From Alphaproteobacteria bacterium (GTDB lineage Bacteria > Pseudomonadota > Alphaproteobacteria > GCA-2746255), in the NCBI GenBank assembly GCA_965249135.1, contig OZ252220.1:416001-480000 (forward strand): a stretch of DNA of 64,000 nucleotides. The letters are read 5' to 3'. Below, piece after piece: positions 40,335 to 50,341 of this stretch (its first letter is position 1; each line of letters opens with the position of its first letter). Below the pieces are notes generated by a model. It had not been told where the DNA came from. It saw only the letters and a program-made list of their open reading frames with translations, and searched no databases. The position numbers and the translations under genes were made by a program.

Positions 40335-41087
40335 ATGGCCGAAGACCCGCCCAAGGGCGATCCCGATGCGGCGTCGCCCGCAACGCCGCAATCGGGCGAA
40401 AAAGCAAAACGGCTAGGCCTGATCGGCCGTCTCAGAAACTATTTTCTTGCCGGCTTGCTGGTCACCGCACCAATCGTCATCACGGTCTATATCGCCTGGG
40501 TCGTGGTGAATTTCGTGGACAGTCGCGTAACGCCGCTGATCCCGGCGAAGTACAACCCGGAAACCTATCTCCCCATCAACATTCCGGGCCTTGGCCTGCT
40601 CATCGTCTTTGTCGCGATCACCCTCATCGGCGCCCTTACGGCCGGTTTCATTGGACGTTTTATCCTGCGTTCGGGCGAGCGAATTCTCGCGCGGATGCCG
40701 GTGGTCCGAAGCCTTTATGGGGCGCTCAAGCAAATTTTCGAGGCGGTTCTCACCCACTCATCGACGGCGTTTCGCAAGGTCGTCCTGATCGAATATCCAA
40801 GACGCGGCATCTGGGTGATCGGCTTCATCACCGGTTCGACGAAAGGCGAAGTCCAGAACCTGACGGAGGACACGCTTATCAACGTGTTCCTGCCGACGAC
40901 GCCGAACCCGACGTCGGGCTTTCTTTTGTTCGTTCCGTCAAAGGATGTCTATGAGCTTTCGATGTCGGTGGAAGAGGGAATCAAGATGGTCGTCTCCGGC
41001 GGGATCGTCACGCCGCCGGATCACCGCCGGATCGAGGCACAAAAAACGCCGCACCTTGCCAGTGGCGAGGTGCTTTCCGACAGTTAA
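40335..41087 (+). CDS. DUF502 family membrane protein
   Basis: YFLAGLL, IEYPRRG, VFLPTTPNPTSGF, SGG. Confidence 0.92.
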   Translation: MAEDPPKGDPDAASPATPQSGEKAKRLGLIGRLRNYFLAGLLVTAPIVITVYIAWVVVNFVDSRVTPLIPAKYNPETYLPINIPGLGLLIVFVAITLIGALTAGFIGRFILRSGERILARMPVVRSLYGALKQIFEAVLTHSSTAFRKVVLIEYPRRGIWVIGFITGSTKGEVQNLTEDTLINVFLPTTPNPTSGFLLFVPSKDVYELSMSVEEGIKMVVSGGIVTPPDHRRIEAQKTPHLASGEVLSDS

Positions 41088-41091
41088 GTTC

Positions 41092-43173
41092 CTAACCAGA
41101 GCGCAAATACTTCACCGCTGCATCGCGTTCGAAGAGATAAAGAAGAACGCGAAGCGCTTCGCCGCGTGGCGTTTGCAACTCGGGATCGCGCCCCAGAAAC
41201 AGGGATACGTCGTCATAGGCCATCGTCATCAGGTTTTCGTGAAGGGCAGGGTCGGCGATCCGGAAAAGGGGAAGACCGCTTTGCCGGGTGCCGAGCACCT
41301 GGCCGCTGCCACGAAGGCGGAGGTCTTCCTCGGCGATTCGAAAGCCGTCGTCGGTTTCGCGCAGGATCTTCAACCGCGCCTTTGCCGGCGCACTTAATGG
41401 CGAGGCGAACAGAAGCAAACAGGTCGACGCCTGCTTGCCACGTCCGATACGGCCGCGCAGCTGGTGAAGCTGGGCAAGCCCGAAGCGTTCGGCATGTTCG
41501 ATCACCATGACGGTGGCTTGCGGAACATCGACGCCGACTTCCACGACCGTCGTGGCCACGAGAAGGCGAAGGCGGCCTTCGAGGAAGGCGGCCATGGCGG
41601 CGTCCTTTTCCTTTCCCTTCATCCGGCCATGGAGAAGGCCGACGCGCGCTCCGAAGATCGCCTTGAGCAGAGCAAAACGTTCTTCCGCCGCGGCGACGTC
41701 GAGGACTTCGGATTCCTCGACAAGCGGACAGACCCAATAGACCCTGCGGCCTTCCTCCATCGCCCTGCGCACGGCGGCGACGACCTCGTCCAGGCGTTCG
41801 ATCGGAATGAGGCGGGTGTCCACCGGCTGCCTTCCGGCCGGTTTCTCGGTTAATCGCGAGACCTCTAGGTCGCCATAGATGGTCAGCGTCAGCGTGCGCG
41901 GAATCGGAGTGGCCGTCATGACCAGCGTGTCGACGGCGTGCCCCTTCGAGGCCAACGTCAGCCGCTGATGGACGCCGAAGCGGTGCTGTTCGTCGATGAC
42001 CGCGAAGGCGAGGTCGCCAAACGCGACCTCCTCCTGGAAAAGGGCGTGGGTCCCAACCGCGATCGCCGTCGAGCCTTCGGCCAGGTCCTCGAAGATCTGC
42101 CGGCGCTCGGCCCCTTTCTCACGGCCGGTGAGCAGGGCTAGCGTCACGCCGGTATCGCCTAACAGGGTTTCGATGGTCGCAAAGTGTTGCCGGGCCAGGA
42201 TCTCGGTCGGCGCCATCAACACCGCCTGCGCCCCGCTTTCCACGGCGCTCAGCATGGTGAGCAGCGCAACGACCGTCTTGCCGCTGCCGACGTCGCCCTG
42301 AAGGAGGCGCAGCATCCGCTGGCCGGACGCCATGTCCGCGTCGATTTCCGTGAGCGCCGTGTTTTGCGATCCCGTGAGCTCGAAGGGAAGCTTGGCTATG
42401 ACCCGCTTTCGGAGCGACCCATCGCCGCGGATCGATCGGCCTTTGCTGCGCCGCAGATGCAGGCGAAGCAGGCCGAGGGCCAGCTGGTTGGCGAGAAGCT
42501 CGTCATAGGCGAGGCGGGTGCGGGAAGGCGTGCTTGGCGATAGGTCGCCTTCCGCCTGCGGCTGGTGGACGGCAAACAGAGCCTCGCGCCAGCCCGACCA
42601 GCCTTGGCGCTTGCAAAGGCTCGAGTCCAGCCACTCCGCGAACTCCGGGACCAGGGAAAGCGCGCCCGCAACCGCCTTGGCCAGCGGTTTTCGGGTGAGG
42701 TCGGCCGTCAAGGGATAGACCGGTTCGACCTGTTGCCGTTTCTCCGTCTCTTCCGGCTTGGCGATGAGGTCGGGATGGACGATCTGTAAGCGTTCCCGAA
42801 ATTCCTCGACACGGCCGCTCACCACCCGTATTTCGCCCTCCGGCAGGGTGCGCCGGAGGTAATCCGCCTTCCCATGGAAGAAAACCAGGGTGATCCCGCC
42901 GGTCGCGTCCGAACATCGGATTCGGTAGGGAAGGCGGCGGGTTGGCGGCGGTTCATGGGTATCGACCCGAAGGTGGAGGGTGGCGATCCGCCCCGGTTCG
43001 GCTGCCACGAGTTTCGGCGCGTAGCGCCGATCGATGAGGCCCGTCGGAAAAAGCCATAAGAGGTCGACGATGTGGGGTCCGGCAAGTGCTTCGATCGCCT
43101 TGCCGATGCGGGGCCCGATGCCAGGAAGCTTGGTCACCGGCGCAAAAAGCGGGAACAGGATTTCGGGGCGCAT
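41092..43173 (-). CDS. recG: ATP-dependent DNA helicase RecG
   Basis: QGDVGSGKT, DEQHRFG, MTATPIPR, QLRGRIGRG. Confidence 0.96.
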   Translation of the reverse strand: MRPEILFPLFAPVTKLPGIGPRIGKAIEALAGPHIVDLLWLFPTGLIDRRYAPKLVAAEPGRIATLHLRVDTHEPPPTRRLPYRIRCSDATGGITLVFFHGKADYLRRTLPEGEIRVVSGRVEEFRERLQIVHPDLIAKPEETEKRQQVEPVYPLTADLTRKPLAKAVAGALSLVPEFAEWLDSSLCKRQGWSGWREALFAVHQPQAEGDLSPSTPSRTRLAYDELLANQLALGLLRLHLRRSKGRSIRGDGSLRKRVIAKLPFELTGSQNTALTEIDADMASGQRMLRLLQGDVGSGKTVVALLTMLSAVESGAQAVLMAPTEILARQHFATIETLLGDTGVTLALLTGREKGAERRQIFEDLAEGSTAIAVGTHALFQEEVAFGDLAFAVIDEQHRFGVHQRLTLASKGHAVDTLVMTATPIPRTLTLTIYGDLEVSRLTEKPAGRQPVDTRLIPIERLDEVVAAVRRAMEEGRRVYWVCPLVEESEVLDVAAAEERFALLKAIFGARVGLLHGRMKGKEKDAAMAAFLEGRLRLLVATTVVEVGVDVPQATVMVIEHAERFGLAQLHQLRGRIGRGKQASTCLLLFASPLSAPAKARLKILRETDDGFRIAEEDLRLRGSGQVLGTRQSGLPLFRIADPALHENLMTMAYDDVSLFLGRDPELQTPRGEALRVLLYLFERDAAVKYLRSG

Positions 43174-43277
43174 CGTCCATCCCTAGGATCGTAAGGCTGA
43201 CAGATTGGGCCTAAGCTCTATATCCTAGTGCCAATCGAGACACGCACCCAACTCTCAAGCCCCCAATTCTCAAGGCC

Positions 43278-43541
43278 ATGGCCGATTTTTCCAATCCCCG
43301 TTTGAAACGGCTTCTTTACTTAAGCCAGCGCCGCGGCACCCAGGAGAACGATCTTCTGCTGAGCCGATTCGCTAAATCCCATCTCGCTGCCTTCACGCCG
43401 GACGAGCTCGATCAGTACGAGGCGCTTCTCGAGGCCGAGGATGTCGACCTGTTCAACTGGATCGTCGGTCGTACGGCGCTGCCGCCGGCGCACGACACGC
43501 CGGTGATGCGAATGATCATTCACTTTAATGAAACAGACTAA
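43278..43541 (+). CDS. sdhE: Succinate dehydrogenase assembly factor 2
   Basis: RGTQENDLL (RGxxE) motif; between recG and mfd. Confidence 0.9.
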   Translation: MADFSNPRLKRLLYLSQRRGTQENDLLLSRFAKSHLAAFTPDELDQYEALLEAEDVDLFNWIVGRTALPPAHDTPVMRMIIHFNETD

Positions 43542-46500
43542 CTTGCTGGAAAATATACTGAAGAACGTCGGCGAGGGTGGGCGCCAGACGGTCACGGCGT
43601 TGCCGGAGGGTGCCGATGCCGAGCTGTTGGCAAGCTGCGCGAAATCCGGCCAACAGCTCAGCATCCTTCACATCGCCCGGGACGAGGGTCGCATGCTTGC
43701 CTTGGCCGAGGCGGTTGGCTTCTTCGCGCCGGATCTTGCGATCCGCATTTTTCCGGCTTGGGATTGCCTGCCCTATGACCGTTCGCCACCCCACGCGTCG
43801 GTCGAAAGCCAGCGCATGGAGGTGCTGGCCGAACTCACAAACCCGGCTCAGGAAGCCAAGGTGGGCCTCCTGCTGACCACGGTGAACGCCTGCCTTCAGC
43901 GGCTTCCCACGCGGGCCAGCCTCAAGGGGAGCCGTTTCGCGGTTCGGGCCAATGCGGCGCTCGATCCTTTGGTGCTGGTCGCCTATCTCGAAGCGAAGGG
44001 CTATGGCCGCGCGGAAGTCGTGATGGAACCTGGCGAATTCGCGGTGCGCGGCGGGATTTTGGACGTCTACCCGCCGGGAACGGACGAGCCGTTGCGTCTC
44101 GATTTCTTCGGCGACGAACTCGAGGGAATCCGCCGCTTCGATCCCTTCACCCAACGCAGCTCGGGCCAGGTGCCGGATTTTCTCTTCAAGCCGATCAGCG
44201 AGCTGGTTCTCGATAAGGAAAGCATTGCGCGGTTCCGCACCGGCTACCGGGAAGCCTTCGGAACCGTGACGGCGGAAGATCGCCTCTATGAGTCGGTCTC
44301 GGCGGGGGCCCGTTACCCGGGCATGGAGCATTGGCTGCCGCTCTTCCATGAGCGGCTCGAAACCCTGTTTGACTATATGCCGGGCGCGCTTGTCAGCCTC
44401 GATCATCAGGCCGAGGAAGTGGCGAAAGTCCGTTTCGAGCAGATCGTGGAATATTACGAGACCCGCAAGGCGCTTTCGCAAGAAAGCGTGCGGGAAGGCG
44501 CGGGTTTCTACCACCCCTTGCCGCCCGCCGCCCTCTATCTCGGCCAGGAAGAGTGGCGGCAATGCCTCGATACCCGGCCGATCGTCGCCTTCACCCCCTT
44601 CGTAAGCCGCGCGGATGGGAAGGGGATGCATGACGCGGGCGGCAAAGCGGTGCTCGATTTCGCCGCCGCGCGCAGGGACCCAAGGGTCGATGTCTTTGAA
44701 GAAGTCCGAAAGGTTCTTGGCGAAGCCCTGAAGGCAGGCAAGCGTTGCCTGATCGCCGGCGCCAGCCGCGGCTCGCGGGACCGGCTGAAATCGATCCTCG
44801 CCAATCATAGGATCGAAGAACTGGTGGCGGCCGAGGACTGGCCCGAGGCGGCAGCACTCGCGCCTAACAAGACGGCGCTTATCGTGCTCGGACTCGAACG
44901 GGGCTTTTCGGCTCCCGGCATCGTCGTCATCACGGAGGAGGACATCCTTGGCGAACGCCTCGGTCGGTCCCGGAAACGGCGGCGCGCGAAAGACGTACTC
45001 ACCCACGCGGCCAGCCTCGTTCCCGGTGATCTCGTCGTTCACACAGAGCACGGGATCGGCCGCTACGACGGCCTGATCGCCGTCGAGGTCCAGGAAGCGC
45101 CCCACGATTGCCTGCGCATTCTCTATGCGGATGACGACAAGCTCTTCCTGCCGGTCGAAAATATCGAGCTTCTTTCCCGCTACGGTTTGGAAGAAGGACA
45201 GGTGCATCGCGACCGTTTGGGCGGAGTCGCCTGGCAGGCCCGAAAGTCGCGGCTGAAGCGCCGCATTCGCGACATGGCAGACGAGCTGATCCGCGTGGCG
45301 GCGGAACGCGCCCTGCAGCCGGGTGAGGCGGTGAGCCCGCCGGAAGGCTATGACGAATTCTGCGCGCGCTTTCCTTACCCGGAAACGGATGACCAGCAAC
45401 TCGCCATCGAAGACACCTTGCGTGACTTGGCCCAGGGCCGTCCGATGGATCGGCTGATTTGCGGCGATGTCGGTTTCGGAAAGACGGAGGTGGCGCTGCG
45501 TGCCGCCTTTGTCGCCGCCCTTTCGGGACATCAGGTCGCCATTGTCGTGCCGACGACGCTTCTAGCACGTCAGCATTTCGAGACCTTCGGCGAGCGTTTC
45601 GCCGGCTTCCCGGTTCGCATCGAACAGATTTCCCGGCTGGTTCCGGCGCGCAAACAGACCGAGATCAAGGAACGCCTTGCCGAGGGGAGTTGCGATATCG
45701 TGATTGGCACCCATGCGCTGCTTGGGAAATCGATTCGCTTCGCCGATCTCGGGCTTTTGATCGTCGACGAAGAACAGCATTTCGGCGTTGCCCACAAGGA
45801 GCGGTTGAAGAAACTCCGTGCCGGCGTTCACGTGCTGACCATGACGGCGACGCCCATCCCACGAACCTTGCAACTCGCCCTTTCCGGTGTGAGGGAGATG
45901 AGCGTGATCGCCACACCGCCGCTCGATCGTGTGGCGGTTCGAAGCTTCGTGCTCCCTTACGATCCGGTCATCGTCCGCGAGGCGATCCTGCGCGAACGCC
46001 TGCGCGGGGGTCAGGTCTTTTATGTCTGTCCGCGAATCGAGGATCTGCCAAAAATCGAAGAGAAGCTCAAGCGCTTGGTTCCGGAGGTGCGCATAGCCGT
46101 GGCCCATGGCCGGATGGCAGCGCGCGGGCTTGAAAAAGTGATGACGGCTTTTTACGAAGGCGCCACCGACGTGTTGCTTTGCACGAATATCATCGAGTCC
46201 GGATTGGACGTGGCGGCGGCAAACACGCTGATCGTGCACCGCTCGGACCTATTCGGCCTTGCCCAACTTTACCAACTACGTGGCCGTATCGGGCGGGCGA
46301 AGAGCCGGGCCTACGCCTATCTCACAATCCCTCCCGATCGGATCCTCACCGCGGCGGCGACGAAACGCTTGCAAACGATGCAAACGCTCGATTCCCTTGG
46401 CGCCGGTTTTCAACTGGCGAGCCACGACTTGGACATCCGCGGCGCCGGCAACCTGCTCGGCGAAGCACAATCCGGCCATATCCGGGAAGTGGGGATCGAG

Positions 46501-47022
46501 CTTTACCAGCATCTGCTCGAGGAAGCCGTGGCCGAGGCGCGCGGCGAGCGGGCGGTGATCTCAGCCGAGGAGGCCTGGACGCCGGAAATTCATCTCGGCA
46601 TGCCGGTGCTGATTCCGGAAGGCTACGTTGCCGATCTGGGCTTGCGCCTCGAGTTCTATCGCCGCATCGCCCGGCTCGAGAACCGGGCCGAAATCGAGGA
46701 TTTTGCGGCCGAACTCATCGATCGCTTCGGTCCGATCCCGGAAGAGGTCGAGAACCTGCTCGAGATCGTCGCCCTCAAACAGCTCTGCAAGACGGCCGGC
46801 ATCGGCGGGTTTGAAGCGGGTCCGAAAGGGGCCCTCGTCGGCTTCCATAAGGACCGCTTTGCAAAACCCGAACGACTCGCCGATTTCCTGATGGCCGAGG
46901 TAGGGCAGGTAAAGCTTCGCCCCGATCACAAGCTCGTCTACCGCCGGGATTGGGAAGATTTGCATGACCGCATGACCGGCACGCGCCATCTGGTGGAAAA
47001 TTTGGCGAAGCTGGTGGCCTAA
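43528..47022 (+). CDS. mfd: Transcription-repair coupling factor
   Basis: VHTEHGIGRY, CGDVGFGKTEVA, DEEQHFGV, DLDIRGAGNLLG. Confidence 0.97.
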   Translation: MKQTNLLENILKNVGEGGRQTVTALPEGADAELLASCAKSGQQLSILHIARDEGRMLALAEAVGFFAPDLAIRIFPAWDCLPYDRSPPHASVESQRMEVLAELTNPAQEAKVGLLLTTVNACLQRLPTRASLKGSRFAVRANAALDPLVLVAYLEAKGYGRAEVVMEPGEFAVRGGILDVYPPGTDEPLRLDFFGDELEGIRRFDPFTQRSSGQVPDFLFKPISELVLDKESIARFRTGYREAFGTVTAEDRLYESVSAGARYPGMEHWLPLFHERLETLFDYMPGALVSLDHQAEEVAKVRFEQIVEYYETRKALSQESVREGAGFYHPLPPAALYLGQEEWRQCLDTRPIVAFTPFVSRADGKGMHDAGGKAVLDFAAARRDPRVDVFEEVRKVLGEALKAGKRCLIAGASRGSRDRLKSILANHRIEELVAAEDWPEAAALAPNKTALIVLGLERGFSAPGIVVITEEDILGERLGRSRKRRRAKDVLTHAASLVPGDLVVHTEHGIGRYDGLIAVEVQEAPHDCLRILYADDDKLFLPVENIELLSRYGLEEGQVHRDRLGGVAWQARKSRLKRRIRDMADELIRVAAERALQPGEAVSPPEGYDEFCARFPYPETDDQQLAIEDTLRDLAQGRPMDRLICGDVGFGKTEVALRAAFVAALSGHQVAIVVPTTLLARQHFETFGERFAGFPVRIEQISRLVPARKQTEIKERLAEGSCDIVIGTHALLGKSIRFADLGLLIVDEEQHFGVAHKERLKKLRAGVHVLTMTATPIPRTLQLALSGVREMSVIATPPLDRVAVRSFVLPYDPVIVREAILRERLRGGQVFYVCPRIEDLPKIEEKLKRLVPEVRIAVAHGRMAARGLEKVMTAFYEGATDVLLCTNIIESGLDVAAANTLIVHRSDLFGLAQLYQLRGRIGRAKSRAYAYLTIPPDRILTAAATKRLQTMQTLDSLGAGFQLASHDLDIRGAGNLLGEAQSGHIREVGIELYQHLLEEAVAEARGERAVISAEEAWTPEIHLGMPVLIPEGYVADLGLRLEFYRRIARLENRAEIEDFAAELIDRFGPIPEEVENLLEIVALKQLCKTAGIGGFEAGPKGALVGFHKDRFAKPERLADFLMAEVGQVKLRPDHKLVYRRDWEDLHDRMTGTRHLVENLAKLVA

Positions 47023-47109
47023 GCTTTAAGTCGGCGCGCTCCCTTGTCGCTCACCGGTCGGCATGGAAGAATGCGCGAGATACGCAACGCACACTTAAGG
47101 AAAACGGAC

Positions 47110-47883
47110 GTGGTTTCATCCTTGTCCTATGATCTGGTCGGCCAATGCGCCTTCGTAAGCGGCGCATCCAGCGGTCTTGGCCGGCGTTTCGCGCTGGTGC
47201 TGGCCAAGGCCGGTGCGAAGGTGGCGATCGCGGCGCGCAGGGCAGATAAGCTTCAGGAACTCAGGCACGAGATCGAGGCGTTCGACGGCAGGGCCATTCC
47301 GATCGGTCTTGACGTGCGGGACCCAAAAAGCGTGCGCCAGGCGGTCGCCTGTGCCGAGACCGAACTCGGCGCGATCACGATCCTTGTCAACAATGCCGGG
47401 ATCTCCATCCCGAAACCGTTTCTGGAGACCGACGAGGCGGATTGGGATCAGATCGTGGGCACGAATCTGAAAGGCGCATGGCTGCTGGCGAAGGAGGTCG
47501 CCCAACACATGACGCGCCTCGGCCATAGCGGGACGATCATCAACATCGCCTCGATCATTTCGGACCGCGTCATCGGCCACAATGCCGTCTATGGTGCTGC
47601 GAAGGCGGGGCTTGTGCATCTGACGAAGGCGATGGCCGTTGAGCTTGCCCGTCACGCCATTCGCGTCAACGCGATCGCGCCGGGCTACATCACGACGGAG
47701 ATGAATCAGGAATTCTTCGCGAGTGGGGAAGGGGAGAAGATCAAGCAGCGGATCCCCCTTCGCCGTATCGGCGCGCCGGAGGATCTGGACGGGGTCTTGC
47801 TGCTACTGGCCTCGGATGCATCCGGCTTCATGACCGGCGCCATCGTCACCGTCGACGGCGGCCAAAGCGTCAATCCCTTGTAG
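47110..47883 (+). CDS. SDR family oxidoreductase
   Basis: SGASSGLG, VNNAG, YGAAK, VDGG; start uncertain (47044-47110). Confidence 0.9.
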   Translation: MVSSLSYDLVGQCAFVSGASSGLGRRFALVLAKAGAKVAIAARRADKLQELRHEIEAFDGRAIPIGLDVRDPKSVRQAVACAETELGAITILVNNAGISIPKPFLETDEADWDQIVGTNLKGAWLLAKEVAQHMTRLGHSGTIINIASIISDRVIGHNAVYGAAKAGLVHLTKAMAVELARHAIRVNAIAPGYITTEMNQEFFASGEGEKIKQRIPLRRIGAPEDLDGVLLLLASDASGFMTGAIVTVDGGQSVNPL

Positions 47884-48012
47884 TGGGCCCTTGTAGCGGA
47901 TGAGGCCGGGCTAGAGGTGGAAGCCGGCGGGTCGAGCCGGGTGTGCCACACGAAAATCTAGAAACGGGGTTCCGGCGCCCATTTGTGAACCTGCGGCGTT
48001 AAGGAGGGAAGG

Positions 48013-48240
48013 ATGGACGACAAGGTGAAGGAACTCGTGGCCATGGGTGCGGCGGCGGCCGCCAATTGCCACCCCTGCATGGATTACCATCTGGCCAAAT
48101 GCGACAAGCTGGGCGTTCCGCGCGAAGAGGTCGTCGAAGCGGTCAAGGCCGGCTTGATGGTGAACCATAGGGCCGAGGGGCGTATCCGCAAGCGCGCCCG
48201 CGAACTCTTGGGCGACGCCGTGGGGGAGGCGGGGGCCTGA
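48013..48240 (+). CDS. Carboxymuconolactone decarboxylase/AhpD-like protein
   Basis: KELVAMGAAAAANCHPCMDYH; strong AAGGAGG RBS. Confidence 0.85.
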   Translation: MDDKVKELVAMGAAAAANCHPCMDYHLAKCDKLGVPREEVVEAVKAGLMVNHRAEGRIRKRARELLGDAVGEAGA

Positions 48241-48260
48241 GAGGAAGGGTGTAAGGACGC

Positions 48261-48351
48261 TGGCGGATGGGGTGGGATTCGAACCCACGAGACCCTTCAA
48301 GGGCCTGCCGGTTTTCAAGACCGGTGCCTTCAACCGCTCGGCCACCCATCC
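48261..48351 (-). tRNA. tRNA-Ser(UGA)
   Basis: GGATGGGTGGCCGAGCGG...CCGGT-CTTGAAA-ACCGG, long variable arm, GGTTCGAATCC...GCCA. Confidence 0.96.
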
Positions 48352-48360
48352 GCAGCGTGT

Positions 48361-48377
48361 TATCAATAACTTATTGA
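48361..48377. promoter_or_regulatory. AT-rich palindrome / IHF-consensus site
   Basis: TATCAATAACTTA matches WATCAANNNNTTR; TCAATAA-C-TTATTGA is a perfect inverted repeat. Confidence 0.45.
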
Positions 48378-48586
48378 ATCCGATCTTTCGCAAAATAGTA
48401 AAATTGGCACCGGATTGGCACCGGGTGTTTCTTGGCCGTTCCAGTCGGTTGTATGTGTTCGCCGTGCGGTCACTCTGATAAGGCTTCACCCCATGCCGCG
48501 TCAACCTTGAGGGCTGCGCCTTCCTGCATTCCCGACAGGCTGTTGAGCCCGGTCGCGGTGATTGTGCTATCATCACGGAATGTAAC

Positions 48587-50203
48587 TTGGATTCATGGCG
48601 TTTGGAAAAACCTTCGGTGCTCAAATCCCGCCACTTTCGTCGTCGTATTTGGTTGTTGGCAGTCTTCGTGCTCGGTGCGACGGCCGCGTCTCATACGTTC
48701 GCCGGCCAGACGGTGGTTTTCAAAAACGGACGGCCTCTCGCCGAAGCTGCTGTGACGTTCCTGACGCCGGCGGGTAAAAAATTGGCGACGGTTAAAACAG
48801 ACGCCAAGGGCATCGCCAAAACCGATCTTCCCGAGGCCACGGAGAGCCGGCGGATCGTCGTCAGGGTCGAGGACAAGAACGGCAACGCCACCTATCGCAT
48901 CATCCGCCAGCCCCCCCCCGGCAAGCCCTAGCATCTGGTGGCTCTGGACACCGCAGGGGGGATCAATGGATATAGCGAGAAGACACTCGGGTTCCTGAAA
49001 GACGCGGCCCAGCCGATCACCGTCGGCGAGAACGCCGAGGTCGGCACTGGCGCGCGCCTGAAGCAAAAGGCAATGGGAGTCGTCGGCGGTATGCTTGGCA
49101 GCGCTATCGGGGGGCTGTTGGGCGGCCGAAGTGGCGGCGGGGACTCCCCCTTTGGTGGCCGCAGTTCAAGGCCCCGCGGCGGAAGTGGCGACGATATTGA
49201 GATCGTTGACGACCCCATCGCCAAGGAGAAAAAGCGCATATTCACCGACCCCGCGTCCGGCACCAAGATCGCCATCGGCACCCAGATGACCCCCGGCGGC
49301 CTGCTGGTCAGCACCAACATCCTCGAATCGCCTAACGACGACAGCACCTTCCAGACGATCTACCTGATGGACCCGGAAGGGCGCAAAGCCGGCCCCACCG
49401 GTTACGATGTCTACGAAATGTACGCGGATTGGAAGCTGACCGTGACTTGGACCGAAGACCACTATGTCAACGGCAAACATGTGTTGCACAAGGAAGGCGG
49501 CTGGAGCGAGGAAGGCCGCGACATCCTCGGCACCTTCACCGTGCCGCGCGAAGGCGAGGGCATCTGGAGCAAATTGGGATTTTCTAACGCCGCCCAAGGC
49601 GTCAAGAGTCTGGGCACCTCCTTCCCGATCAGCCTTGGCCTGCTGGCTGCCCAGCCCATGAGCTTAGTGATCCACGTCACCACGCCGGACGAGGACCCGG
49701 TGACCACCGTCCCCTTCGTCATCGGCATCAGCGAGGACTGCCCCTGCGCCACGCAACAGATGGCGTCGATATTGGACCAGCTGCCTTCTGATGAAGAAGC
49801 GGAAGAATTGGAAGCCAGGCGGAGGCAGCAGCAAGAAAGGCTTCGGGGAGTCGAAGTGGAGATTGAGGAATCATTAGATAAAATAGCTATATTGAAGAAT
49901 ACAATCCAAATGAGAAGGTATGAATTGGAACGCGCAGCGGAATTGATTTTTATTCCAGCCAGGCGTCGTGAGAAAGAGACTTTAGCTGAGGCGGAAGAGG
50001 CTGAGCAAGGCTTAGAAGAGGAAGAAAATAGATTGGAAGAATTGCGTCGTCTTCAAAGTGAAATTAAACGTCAATTGGACCCTAGCGCCGAGCCCCCAAT
50101 CCTGACGCAATTGGAAACGGGCAGGCAAAACGATCCCTGCGGTTGCGGGACGCCTCAAATTCAAACGGTGAACATGCCGCACGAGTCCATTACTGAACAG
50201 TAA
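48587..50203 (+). pseudogene. Secreted multidomain hypothetical protein interrupted by in-frame TAG at 48929-48931
   Basis: ORFs 48587..48931 and 48938..50203 share a frame; signal peptide, carboxypeptidase-regulatory-like beta domain, glycine-zipper-like stretch, coiled coil. Confidence 0.6.
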
Positions 50204-50341
50204 TTCCACTCTTCGGTGATGCCCACTTTTAGGGGTAAAGCGGACAGCGGCTGGTTTCGCGGCCCGCAAACGAAACCGGGGAGAAGTTTCCTTCCCCCCG
50301 GTATGATCGTAGCCGCGCGCCTTGAACGGCGGGCGTAGCCC

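Noticed and set aside
43525-45531. Long antisense ORFs (also 591-2207, 7864-9135, 21957-23258, 52076-53458)
   Set aside because: Typical GC-rich shadow frames opposite well-supported genes
48929-48931. Pyrrolysine or alternative genetic code
   Set aside because: TAG terminates normal genes here (ssb, recG, rlpA, holB) and no pyl genes are in the window
50210-50340. ncRNA in hairpin-rich intergenic region
   Set aside because: Hairpins are adequately explained as termination structures between convergent genes; no known RNA motif recognised
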